A stretch of DNA of 63,969 nt, filler included, from Octopus bimaculoides (taxonomy: Eukaryota), in the NCBI RefSeq assembly GCF_001194135.2. It is 9 parts of 9 records of this genome, joined end to end, with 100 filler letters (N's around TTAATTAATTAA, not from the genome) between each part and the next. Parts side by side here need not be neighbours in the genome. Positions count along the whole stretch, not along the records: positions 1 to 5,255 come from NC_068992.1; positions 5,356 to 24,360 come from NC_068995.1; 7 more parts are not named here. One strand, given 5' to 3'. Below the pieces are notes generated by a model, which saw nothing but the letters and a program-made list of their open reading frames with translations, was not told where the DNA came from and did not search any database. Positions 1-13,216 of the stretch are shown piece by piece (positions within the stretch are counted from its first letter, which is position 1; every line of letters begins with the position of its first letter). The translations under genes and the position numbers were made by a program.

Positions 1-172
1 AGTAGCTTCTGGAATGTGGTGAATTGCTGCAGACTGTTGCTGTCATTTTAAACCGGTTGCTTTCTTTCCCCAGCAAACTCTCTTCTTTGGAGGCATAATC
101 TATGTATATATTAAACAGAACAACAAAAAGTTATAATAGATGGCAGGGTCGGTACTTTTCACATATCTGTAA

Positions 173-973
173 TTTTTCAGATTAACACCCGCACGATTAC
201 CCAACCCTAATCCTAAACCTAATCCTAACACTAACACTAACACTAACCCTAAACCCTAACCCTAACACCCTAGTGAAAATCATGGTATATTTACAAAACA
301 TTGACGAACATGAGTTATATTTTACTGAATGATTGTGTACTTGCACGTGTATGCGTTTGAGAGAGCGAGAGAGAAAGAGGTAGCGAGAAGGGAGAAAGGA
401 ATAGAGGTAGTTAAATGTTTCTCATGACGGCTTCTCTTCACTGCCTATTACTTCATTAGAAATCTACGGATGCACATAATAGAGAAAAATGAAACAAGTA
501 TGGACGACTTGCTCCGAAACACCACCGCGTGGGGAACACTTTTCAAAAATAACCTGCAGTTGTTTCCTTCAAAATTCCTACATGCTCGAAATGTACATAC
601 ATCATGGTATATTTGTAGAAAATTTCACGAAAACATTTTTCAGATTAACACCCGCACGATTACCCAACCCTAATCCTAAACCTAACCCTAACCCTAACAC
701 TAACACTAACACTAACACTAACCCTAAACCCTAACCCTAACCCTAAAACCCTAACCCTGACCCTAAAACCCTAACCCTAACACCCTAGTGAAAATCATGG
801 TATATTTACAAAACATTGACGAACATGAGTTATATTTTACTGAATGATTGTGTACTTGCACGTGTATGCGTTTGAGAGAGCGAGAGAGAAAGAGGTAGAG
901 AGAAGGGAGAAAGGAATAGAGGTAGTTAAAAGTTTTCTTATGACGGCTTCTCTTCACTGCCTATTACTTCATT
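173..973 (+). repeat. Tandem duplication (period ~463 bp), each unit with a degenerate telomere-like (CCCTAA/CACTAA)n array
   Basis: 173-457 and 636-973 are near-identical (tttttcagattaacacccgcacgattacccaaccctaa ... tcttcactgcctattacttcatt). The arrays at ~203-266 and ~665-782 differ in copy number. The second unit runs into an N gap. Confidence 0.9.
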
Positions 974-1929
974 NNNNNNNNNNNNNNNNNNNNNNNNNNN
1001 NNNNNNNNNNNNNNNNNNNNNNNNNNNNNNNNNNNNNNNNNNNNNNNNNNNNNNNNNNNNNNNNNNNNNNNNNNNNNNNNNNNNNNNNNNNNNNNNNNNN
1101 NNNNNNNNNNNNNNNNNNNNNNNNNNNNNNNNNNNNNNNNNNNNNNNNNNNNNNNNNNNNNNNNNNNNNNNNNNNNNNNNNNNNNNNNNNNNNNNNNNNN
1201 NNNNNNNNNNNNNNNNNNNNNNNNNNNNNNNNNNNNNNNNNNNNNNNNNNNNNNNNNNNNNNNNNNNNNNNNNNNNNNNNNNNNNNNNNNNNNNNNNNNN
1301 NNNNNNNNNNNNNNNNNNNNNNNNNNNNNNNNNNNNNNNNNNNNNNNNNNNNNNNNNNNNNNNNNNNNNNNNNNNNNNNNNNNNNNNNNNNNNNNNNNNN
1401 NNNNNNNNNNNNNNNNNNNNNNNNNNNNNNNNNNNNNNNNNNNNNNNNNNNNNNNNNNNNNNNNNNNNNNNNNNNNNNNNNNNNNNNNNNNNNNNNNNNN
1501 NNNNNNNNNNNNNNNNNNNNNNNNNNNNNNNNNNNNNNNNNNNNNNNNNNNNNNNNNNNNNNNNNNNNNNNNNNNNNNNNNNNNNNNNNNNNNNNNNNNN
1601 NNNNNNNNNNNNNNNNNNNNNNNNNNNNNNNNNNNNNNNNNNNNNNNNNNNNNNNNNNNNNNNNNNNNNNNNNNNNNNNNNNNNNNNNNNNNNNNNNNNN
1701 NNNNNNNNNNNNNNNNNNNNNNNNNNNNNNNNNNNNNNNNNNNNNNNNNNNNNNNNNNNNNNNNNNNNNNNNNNNNNNNNNNNNNNNNNNTGCACTGGAA
1801 AGTTCACATCGAGAAAATTCCATTGATGTAAATTCTTTTACGAAAAAGTGGAAAATATGGATTTCTATAGATGCAACACACACACACACACACACACACT
1901 CACAAACTCAGCTATATAGATATAGATAT

Positions 1930-3140
1930 ATATGAGAGGTTTGGTATCTAGAAGACCCAAAGAGTGTAGGTCTTGTATTAGCACACACATATATACTAGA
2001 AAGAATGAGATAACAAATCCAAGGTTGTGCGGAGTTTTCAGGACATTTATAATGAAATAGTCTTACAGCTGTTTCTGGGATATTATGGATATCCCTTCAT
2101 CAGAGACGGTGTCAGAATATATTTGAGTTCGAATTATTGTGGAAAAGGAGGAGATAGGGAATATAGAGGGAAATAAGAGCATGAAAGTAGAAATAAGATA
2201 TATAAAGATATTGTAGTTGCAGTTGCATCATTCGAGGAAAATTGTGTATAGAAGTGGTAAAAATGTTTCCTGTACATGGTATGTAAGTTCCAATAGTAGT
2301 TCATGTTTAGTCATTTCAAAGTATGGAGCCGTGATTTCAGTGTTGCTCGTTCGAAAGTGTTTTGTGGTGTGAATGAAAATTTGAGAAAGTATTGGTAGTA
2401 TTCGTGGATAGATGGAGGGAAGAGAGATGTGTATGATTAGAAAGAGAAGATAGGTCAACTTTAAAACAAGAGAGAACGAGAAGAAAGAGAGAAAAAAGAA
2501 GAACGAGAGGGAGAAAAAACAAAGAGTGAAACAAAATGAAGAAAGGGTGAAAGAAATGAGAAAGAGAATGTTAGTTGGTGGTCAAGATAATGTCATGGGA
2601 GGATGGGAGAGGTGTGGGAGGATAAAAAGAGATGAGAAGGTAAGGAGTAAAGAATGTGAGCTATGTGAGTAGGGGTGATATGACAGAGATGCATTAAGGG
2701 ATGGGTAGAGAAAAGGCACAGAAAAGGTATGGGTGGGGTGATACCGAAGTAAGTAGTGTTTTGGTAGTAAAATTTGAGAGAAGACAAGGATGTCAAATTA
2801 CTATAAATAGACGTATGTGATAAGTTACTGATATGCAGGAAGAGGAGAGGAGGAAAGGTATAATGGCATAAGTACGCATGCACTCACATACATATATGTT
2901 TGCGAATATGTATACATACACACATATATACAGACATATACATACGCCTATATATACACACGCATATATAGACATGCATGCTCACACGCATCCGTAAATG
3001 TATTCAAACACGCATATGCATGCGCATATATACATGCACACGCACATACATGCGTGCAGGTGCACACACATGCAAACATACAGGTATTTACATATACATA
3101 TATACACATACATACACACACGTGCACATATATATATATA

Positions 3141-3179
<39 letters not shown>

Positions 3180-4500
3180 NNNNNNNNNNNNNNNNNNNNN
3201 NNNNNNNNNNNNNNNNNNNNNNNNNNNNNNNNNNNNNNNNNNNNNNNNNNNNNNNNNNNNNNNNNNNNNNNNNNNNNNNNNNNNNNNNNNNNNNNNNNNN
3301 NNNNNNNNNNNNNNNNNNNNNNNNNNNNNNNNNNNNNNNNNNNNNNNNNNNNNNNNNNNNNNNNNNNNNNNNNNNNNNNNNNNNNNNNNNNNNNNNNNAT
3401 TAAAATGGAGATAAGTAGGGTTGTTGGGGATTACCTGCGGGACGTTGTGGATATGTACTGTGTAGTTATTTAGCTTTCATTTAGATTTGTGCTAAAATTT
3501 AAACGTATGAAAAAAGCGGTGGTTGCATGTGCTTGGGCCGCATTATATTTGTTTAGCAGTGGAGAGGAGTTGTGTCTTAATATGTGGAATGCCTCTTTAA
3601 GGCATAACTACCTTGGTATGGAAGCTGTGAATCTATTATGAATCATGACAAAATGTAGAGAATATTTCTATTTTGAGATGATGTATGTGACTGGTGAGTG
3701 TTGTGGATTTATTGTGTTTCTCGTACTTAAAATAATTGAGACATCGCAGTTTAAAATTTATGGTTGACACTATATATATAGCTGTAAAATTGTGTAATGT
3801 GTTGAGGACGGTGCATTTATGAATTACATTAGATCTTCTACAACGGGTTTGTAGAGGACAGATGGACCCAGGACGGCAGTTACAAGTGGGTGTATTTCCG
3901 GGATCATTTTCAGGAATGGAGGCGGTAATACTGTCAGAGAAGAGGTTAGAGGTGGGGTAGAAAGGTCTAAGTTATTAGTATTGTTAATGTTATTATTACT
4001 ATTATTGTTATTATTGCAATCGTTGTTAATTATTTTATTTGTAAAGGTGGTGGAAGTTGTGGTAGTATTCTGGGTAGTGTTAGTAGGATGGGTTGGTTTA
4101 TGGTTGTGGTCTAACGTATAGTGCTCAATGCTGGAGCTGTGTACATGTTGGGCGCTCGTGTTATTGAAGTTATTATAATGTGAGTTTTGATAGAACAGCG
4201 AAAGCTTTTGTTTATTAGAGTTGCTATCATAGATTCTAAGTTGGGTTGGGTGGAATAGGATAGCTTCAGGGTGGATCTACTAAAGATAGAGTAATATTTA
4301 TATCGACGAGGGAAGCTGGAGTCCAGTATATTGAAGAAGGATTCAGCTAAGTTCTTAACATTACGTGAGAAGTGAGGCGTATACCATAGAATAGAGCGTC
4401 CATCACTTTTTGGGGGATGCTTAGGGGTAGTGCCATCTATATTTTTGGAAAATGTAGTGGGGTAGCATGGCCTGTTATTGATAGCTGTCTTAGCTTTTGA
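1930..4500 (-). mobile_element. Decayed Penelope-like retroelement (RT thumb, Cys linker, GIY-YIG endonuclease, 3' tail with hammerhead)
   Basis: Minus-strand translation 4410-4200: RSILWYTPHFSRNVKNLAESFFNILDSSFPRRYKYYSIFSRSTLKLSYSTQPNLESMI (PLE thumb). 3900-3660: TCNCRPGSICPLQTRCRRSNVIHKCTV..IYIVSTINFKLRCLNY..STTLTSHIHHLK. ~3610-3540: LCLKEAFHILRHNSSPLLNK. Stops and frameshifts present. Linking the tail (1930-3400) to the coding part across microsatellite and gap is inferred. Confidence 0.8.
2060..2107 (-). ncRNA. Minimal type I hammerhead ribozyme (Penelope-associated)
   Basis: Minus strand: GUCU-CUGAUGA-a-GGGAUAU-ccaua-AUAUCCC-a-GAAAC-AGCU-GUA-AGAC. Stem I 4 bp, intact core, stem II 7 bp, palindromic stem III (ACAGCUGU), GUA cleavage triplet. 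The 10.1/11.1 pair is an A-A mismatch. Confidence 0.85.
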
Positions 4501-4521
4501 CCTATTGTTTTATGCTCATGA

Positions 4522-4640
4522 AAAAGTATTGTTTATAGAGCCAAAGTGCAAGTAGATGGCTCGCAAGAATACAAAACATATACAGGAGCTTCAGAAAATT
4601 CATTCAAGACTCGATCCTATTACCACCGAAATCCTTTTTT
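4522..4640 (+). mobile_element. Fragment of a second Penelope-like GIY-YIG endonuclease
   Basis: KSIVYRAKVQVDGSQEYKTYTGASENSFKTRSYYHRNPF fits the VY..x..YIG.TE..FK.RY.NH..SF pattern of this PLE endonuclease type. Opposite strand to the adjacent element. Confidence 0.7.
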
Positions 4641-5216
4641 TATTGTTTGCATATATACGTTACGCTGTACATATGTCTCTATATATTTATGTGCTTGTAT
4701 GTATTGTAGGTATGCATATGTATGTATATGCATGTTTGTATATGTATGCATGTGTACATAAATATGTATATATACACACATATATATATATGCATACATA
4801 TATAAATTTGTATGTATATGTGTGTATACTTTTATATGTGAGTATGGATTTGCGTACATATTTTCGTAGTTTTGCATATTTGTATGCGTATCTATATGTG
4901 CTATATTTGTATGTATATTTGTACTTATGTACATATACATGTAATTTTATGTGTTCATTGCGCAAATTATATGAAGTATCTAATCGTCATTGGTCTCTTT
5001 CGAGCGCCATGATGTAACACTTTCTGCCCTTATCTATTTCCCCCTTTCTCTCACTGGTTTTCTGTTTCTTTCTTTTATTTCTTTTTCTTCTTCTTCTTCA
5101 CTGTCCCCCCCCCCATACTTAATAATTTCTGGGTTTTTTCCTTCTCTTTCGCCTATAACAACTAACTTGTATCAGCATACGCCAGGATATTTTGTGCGCG
5201 TACAAGCATGTGCGTA

Positions 5217-5252
<36 letters not shown>

Positions 5253-5299
5253 TATNNNNNNNNNNNNNNNNNNNNNNNNNNNNNNNNNNNNNNNNNNNN

Positions 5300-5311
5300 T
5301 TAATTAATTAA
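5300..5311. other. Artificial assembly spacer TTAATTAATTAA inside a 100-nt gap (also 24405, 27721, 31227, 41177, 47661, 52572, 55381)
   Basis: Identical 12-mer flanked by 44 N on each side at 5256-5355, with the same layout eight times. It gives stop codons in all six frames. Confidence 0.95.
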
Positions 5312-6248
5312 NNNNNNNNNNNNNNNNNNNNNNNNNNNNNNNNNNNNNNNNNNNNTATATATATATACATATCTATATATATATATATATATATCCACAC
5401 GCGGCTCTATATATATACATATATATATAATGCAATTTCCTTTTTGCATGCACGCGTGTAAGTGTAGACGTGTAGATCTTTAGGGATTTTAAATGAGTTA
5501 ATGATGAATGGAAAACTGAAGCATAAGATCTGCAGATAGCGGTGAGGTTGACATTAATGATGTTGTTTGGTGGAAAATGAGAGAAAGGGAGAAAGAGACT
5601 GAGAAAGAATGAAAGAGAAGCGAGAGAGAGAGAGAGAGAGAGAGAGTGGAGGAGGGCGTACGTTGATATACTATAATCTCAGCGTGTCACGATGACATGG
5701 AAGGAATCCCGGAAGCACTAGGTGTTAGGGTTATAGTTCACTTCCTTGATAGATGTAAATATTTATTCAGCCATTATAGATAGTTATCAAATAATGAATT
5801 ACTTGTGACATAAATCCGAATTCTCCAGGGAATATTGGCTTTTCATGATATGTCATCTGCAGTCATTTTATATTCATGATGATCATTTCGCTTCTCTTGC
5901 ATCATTCACATAACCTTCACACCACCTCTTCCACTTCCACCATATTATTTACCTCCTCCCTCTCCTCTTCTTCTTCCTACTCCTTGTCTTCTTCTTCCTC
6001 CTCATTTTAACGCTCACACTTTGAAATATATCCTCTTCAGCTTCACTTCGTTTCTACAGTCTCTCTCTCTCTCTTTCTCTCTTTCTCTCTATCTCTTTCT
6101 CTCTTTCTCTCTCTCTTTCCCTTCCATTCTCTATCTTTCTTCTCATCCTCCTTCTCTATCAGCTACCCTTATCCTTACCTGCTTATATACGTCTGATTTG
6201 TCATAATTTATAACACACGCACACACACATACGCACACGCACACACAC

Positions 6249-6325
6249 ACACATCCCCGCACGCTTTCACACACGCACACACATCCCCGCACGCTTTCAC
6301 ACACATCCCCGTACGCTTTCACACA
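6249..6325 (+). repeat. Short minisatellite, 3 x (acacatccccgcacgctttcac) within a CA tract
   Basis: Three direct copies visible. Confidence 0.85.
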
Positions 6326-6600
6326 CACACACACACACAAAAGGTTTCTAAACTTATGTTCACAAACAAGAACAATCACTAATTTGTCCATTCTGAACGA
6401 TATATACATGTGTGTGTATGTGTGTATGTATGTATGTGTGTGTCTGTGTCCATACCTCGGTCTGTGTGTGTGTGTCTGTGTGTAAGTACACACACACAAA
6501 TATATATATATATATATATTTATATAGTTGCGTTTAAATGTTAACACAAAGCCCGCAATCTCAGGATAGGAACTATGTGAATTACGTCTACTCAAGGGCT

Positions 6601-6960
6601 GTACTGGTAATTAATTTATCGACCCCGAAAAGATGGAAAGTGAAGTTGACCTCGGCGGAATTTGAACTCAGAACTCGGAGTACTGACGAAATGTTACGAA
6701 ACATTTTACCCGGCGTGCTAACAATTCTGCCACCTCGTCGCCTTTTGATTTTGAATTTCGGCACAAGGTCATCAGGTTCGGAGGAGGGAGCGAGTTGATC
6801 ATATCGACTCCAATGCTCACCTGGTACTCATTTTATCGATTCCAAAATGATGAAAGGCAAAGTCGACCTCGGTGGAACTTGAACCCAGAACCCGAAAGAC
6901 GAACGGAATGTCGCTAAGCATATTACGCGGCGTGCTAACGATTCCGCCAGCTTGCCGCTT
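6601..6960 (-). mobile_element. Two head-to-tail copies of tRNA-derived SINE family 1 (CORE-like)
   Basis: Reverse complements of the head (ggcggcgagctggcagaa..gttagcacgccg), B-box (gagttcaaattcc) and body (ggggtcgataaa..aagtaccag) at 6601-6742 and 6750-6960. Homologous to copies at 17078, 21588, 21885, 34066 and 50365. Confidence 0.85.
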
Positions 6961-7359
6961 TACATGATGATATTAATGTCATTTCTTCGCGAGCGGCGAA
7001 ATGAGGAAGCGCGACAAGCCCTTCAGTGTTTATGTAAACCAATCATTCATTGAACGACGAACGAGCCTGATAGCAATAACATCTATACATTGCGTGGAAA
7101 TGTAACCAAAAGTGTTTAGTTCAACAGCGGCTGACATAGTGAATAATCACAAACATAAAGTTGTGGTATTTAACTCTTCAAAAATATTTCATGCTATAGT
7201 TCTCTATGGTATCTTTGTGGTCTACTTCACATAAACATGAAGGTATATTACCGAATGTTTGTCGATTCATCTTGCAGTCTCGCATGGATTAAGCGATATT
7301 ACTTTTAATGGGTCATTTGCTTGAACGTAATTATATAGATATGTGTGTATGTGCGTGCC

Positions 7360-7426
<67 letters not shown>

Positions 7427-7544
7427 GTCTGTGTTTATGTGGCTTAGTGAAATGGGTATTCTGCTCAAGATCCTTAGGCCTTGCTTTCGATTTCTGGTTA
7501 CGAGTTGTGTCCTTTTACGTTGCTCAACTCAACTCAACTGCCAA

Positions 7545-7678
7545 AAATAAGGGCCAGCCTTGTACTAATCTGTGTCACGCAGAATCTCCCTGAGGACTAC
7601 GTTCATGGCACGAGGCTATTCCGGTGGTCCGGTGATCGGATCAACTGGAACCCTCGTTGTTGTAACTGACAGAGTACC
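7545..7678 (-). mobile_element. Unclassified interspersed repeat with hairpins (second copy 12532-12640, + strand)
   Basis: Reverse complement ..gagggttccagttgatccgatca..ggaatagcc matches 12550-12590 gagtgttccatttgattcgatcaacggaacagcc. Confidence 0.65.
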
Positions 7679-8741
7679 AATTAGGTTTCTGGGTGAAGGG
7701 TACCAGTTTTTGTGAGTAGATGAGGTTTGCTTGCAGATGGTGTAGGTAATACACTTACCCTGAACAGTTAGAGCACAACTAGAAATTGGCCCTTAAATCT
7801 ATCGACTCATCGTATTCTATGATACATACTTTGTATTATACATCGCTCGATCATACGGGATGATTTTAGTATAAATATCTGTACAACACCCTGAATTACC
7901 AGGTGAGTATTATACCTTTCTTTTAGAAGTCTAGATGATCTTGACAGCTATACCGTTAGTCGTACACACGCTTCACCTGGGGCTAAAAACATTATTCGTT
8001 TATAAAATATACAAAACCACGATACGGCAGTAAGATACCACGAACATGGATGGATAAAATCCATAACAGGATACTTCATATTGATAGAATGGTCACAGTC
8101 GATTGAAATGGATCAGTCTTCCGTTCCATGGATATATTCTAGTGAAGATAGGTAACAACTCTCTCATGTCTTCTTATATATTCTGATGCTGCCAGTGTGG
8201 AACAGCCGGTGTATAGTCGATGGGCTAATCACAACGACCACTCTTCCGGAATTTCATCTTCCACCACTTTATACCTTTTCACGTAATATCAAGTTTTTTG
8301 TGATGTGGTTTTCCTGAATGTTGTTTGTTTGTGCGTGTGGGTGTCAGTATATGTGTGTGAGGGTGTGCACGCGCGCGCCTGAGTATACCTGTATATGAGC
8401 ATGTGTGCGAGTGTGAGTGAGCATATATATATATATATATATCTGTGCATGAGTGTAGCAGTGTGCAGTACGTAGTACGTGTAAATGCTTACCTCCATAG
8501 AGTCGTTCTCCGAATGTCGGGTGTGTACATAGGTGTAACCTTTGATACCTTGCCACGATTGTGTGCGTACAGTAACTATCATTGTTGTTCTCGGAACGTT
8601 GTGTATATGCAAATAGCGGTGTGTATGTGTGTGTGTGTATGTGTGTGTGTGTGTGTGTGTAACTCCTTCTGTAATCTAACCAATGTGTTTATATACACGA
8701 TCAAGTCTACCGGTTTCTGTATGTTCTGTACACAACATATA

Positions 8742-8786
<45 letters not shown>

Positions 8787-8802
8787 ACAAATGGGTAAAA
8801 AG

Positions 8803-8837
<35 letters not shown>

Positions 8838-8979
8838 TTCATGTGTGTGTGTGTAAGTATGTATATATTAGTCCCGCTGTTCTGATTATGGATTACGCAT
8901 TTTCTTCTTAAAATGATTCCCGGAGAAACTATTGCGACAGGAATTGTTTCTGCTTTAACCACACACATTCCGAGTATCT

Positions 8980-10690
<1,711 letters not shown>

Positions 10691-11978
10691 NNNNNNNNNN
10701 NNNNNNNNNNNNNNNNNNNNNNNNNNNNNNNNNNNNNNNNNNNNNNNNNNNNNNNNNNNNNNNNNNNNNNNNNNNNNNNNNNNNNNNNNNNNNNNNNNNN
10801 NNNNNNNNNNNNNNNNNNNNNNNNNNNNNNNNNNNNNNNNNNNNNNNNNNNNNNNNNNNNNNNNNNNNNNNNNNNNNNNNNNNNNNNNNNNNNNNNNNNN
10901 NNNNNNNNNNNNNNNNNNNNNNNNNNNNNNNNNNNNNNNNNNNNNNNNNNNNNNNNNNNNNNNNNNNNNNNNNNNNNNNNNNNNNNNNNNNNNNNNNNNN
11001 NNNNNNNNNNNNNNNNNNNNNNNNNNNNNNNNNNNNNNNNNNNNNNNNNNNNNNNNNNNNNNNNNNNNNNNNNNNNNNNNNNNNNNNNNNNNNNNNNNNN
11101 NNNNNNNNNNNNNNNNNNNNNNNNNNNNNNNNNNNNNNNNNNNNNNNNNNNNNNNNNNNNNNNNNNNNNNNNNNNNNNNNNNNNNNNNNNNNNNNNNNNN
11201 NNNNNNNNNNNNNNNNNNNNNNNNNNNNNNNNNNNNNNNNNNNNNNNNNNNNNNNNNNNNNNNNNNAGAAATACATCACGTCAATTAGTAGGTACTTTTA
11301 AGGTTGGTGTTCGTGTTAGTGGTGGTACAGGCGGCGGTGGTGGTGGTGGTGGTGGTGGTGCCGGTGTAAGTGGAGGTTTATTGTAAGGTGGGTGTCGTAA
11401 GGGCGTGGGGTGGAGGTGGAGGGAGAGTGAGCTGAATTTTATGTCTTCGCTTTTACTTGGATTCACACATGCATGACTTCTTCATTTGGAAGAGGCCGAG
11501 AAAGAGCGGGAAACGGGAAGGAGGAGGCGAATGAGAGGAGAAGAGAGGAGAGGAAGAAAAAAAATGAAGAAGAAGGCGAAGAAGGAGAGGAAGGAGAAGA
11601 ACAAGAAAAATGATCTACAGGTTGTAGAAAATATATCAAGCGTTCGATAGAATCGATTACTACGTGTAGGTGGGGGAGGGGGCATGTTTTATATGGAATA
11701 ATATATATTATTTTTATACACACACACACACACGCACATATATACATGTATATTTATACGTACATGCACATAGATACATACATACACGCACACTCATGCA
11801 TATACATATATGTGTGTATGTATGTGTGTGTGTATATATGTATACATGTATACGTAATTATGTATGAGTATGTATATACATGTATACAAAAACGTCTACA
11901 TATACGCTCGTTTGTGTGCTTGTATGAATGTGTGTGTGTGCATATATATGTATATATATATCTATATATACATATATC

Positions 11979-12026
<48 letters not shown>

Positions 12027-12261
12027 NNNNNNNNNNNNNNNNNNNNNNNNNNNNNNNNNNNNNNNNNNNNNNNNNNNNNNNNNNNNNNNNNNNNNNNNNN
12101 NNNNNNNNNNNNNNNNNNNNNNNNNNNNNNNNTGTTATAGATAGTATGTTAACATTGTTTATATAATTTCTTCGCCATTTTTGACATGCACATAACTTAG
12201 AGATCAGAAACCGTTGCAATACTTCACTGATGGACGCACCATGAACTCCACCACCACCACC

Positions 12262-12322
<61 letters not shown>

Positions 12323-12531
12323 ACATTGTTATCCCTTCTGGCACATAACACGAGCTCTATGTCATTCTTCACCAGCTTAGAATATATCTACCACTGCCAA
12401 AATCTTTATTTACAGAATATGTGTATGTTGTTACCATGCTATGGTCATGGTCGGAACGCTGTGATTATAAATGGATCGACCAGTTTTATCTTGAGGTCAA
12501 AACAACAACTGCCGACCGACCGACCAGCCCC

Positions 12532-12965
12532 GGCTCTCCATCGGTTACCACGAGTGTTCCATTTGATTCGATCAACGGAACAGCCTGCTAATGAAATCAA
12601 CGTGCAAGTGGCTGAGTATTGCACCGTCACGAAGAATACTCTGACCACAAAGCCACCTCACCTTCACCTAAACATCAACGATCTTCGCTTTGCTATCTAT
12701 AAGCAAGCCACTGCCTTATCAGTCTTTGTCATTAAAACCCTCAACATCTCCCGTCATCTTCCGTACCCTTACCCGAGAAATTGACCATTTAGAAATGGTA
12801 CCCTTTCTCCTGCACATCACACTTTACCATCTTGAGTAAAGAAGGCCACGTTTAACCAGTGAGTCCTACATGTATCAAAATAGAGCATTCTCAAAACTTC
12901 TGTACAATTTGCTTATAAGTCATCCTTGTCACGGCTGACCAAGGGCTAAACAACAGCCATTCACC
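12532..12965 (+). mobile_element. Second copy of the hairpin-rich repeat, followed by a degenerate body with a possible retroposon tail
   Basis: 5' part homologous to 7545-7678. Ends with ggctgaccaagggctaaacaacagcc. Continuity of the middle part is inferred. Confidence 0.45.
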
Positions 12966-13168
12966 GTTCCGAGTACTACAAACACACTAGAATTCAGAAT
13001 CATTGTAGCTCTGCCAGTGAAATCATTACAGTTCTACCGTGTCATCTTCAATAGATTTTCACTGGTTTTTATTAAAGCATGCAAATAGTTTCAATAGTTT
13101 TCTATAACAGAAAGACACTCACATCCTTTCTTTTATCTAATGTAACATTTATTTAGTTGAATGTATGT

Positions 13169-13216
<48 letters not shown>

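Noticed and set aside
203-782. True telomere or chromosome end
   Set aside because: The arrays are short, degenerate and embedded in duplicated non-telomeric sequence on both sides.
3840-3884. Selenocysteine-containing PLE
   Set aside because: All four Cys codons are TGT/TGC and I saw no convincing SECIS in the tail.
6682-6706. ctgacga..gaaac as a hammerhead
   Set aside because: No stem II can form; it is the antisense of a SINE head.
11281-11466. Proline-rich minus-strand ORF (..TPAPPPPPPPPPPVPP..)
   Set aside because: Largely explained by a (CCA)n tract. Splice signals are weak, so it is not listed as a CDS, though it cannot be excluded.
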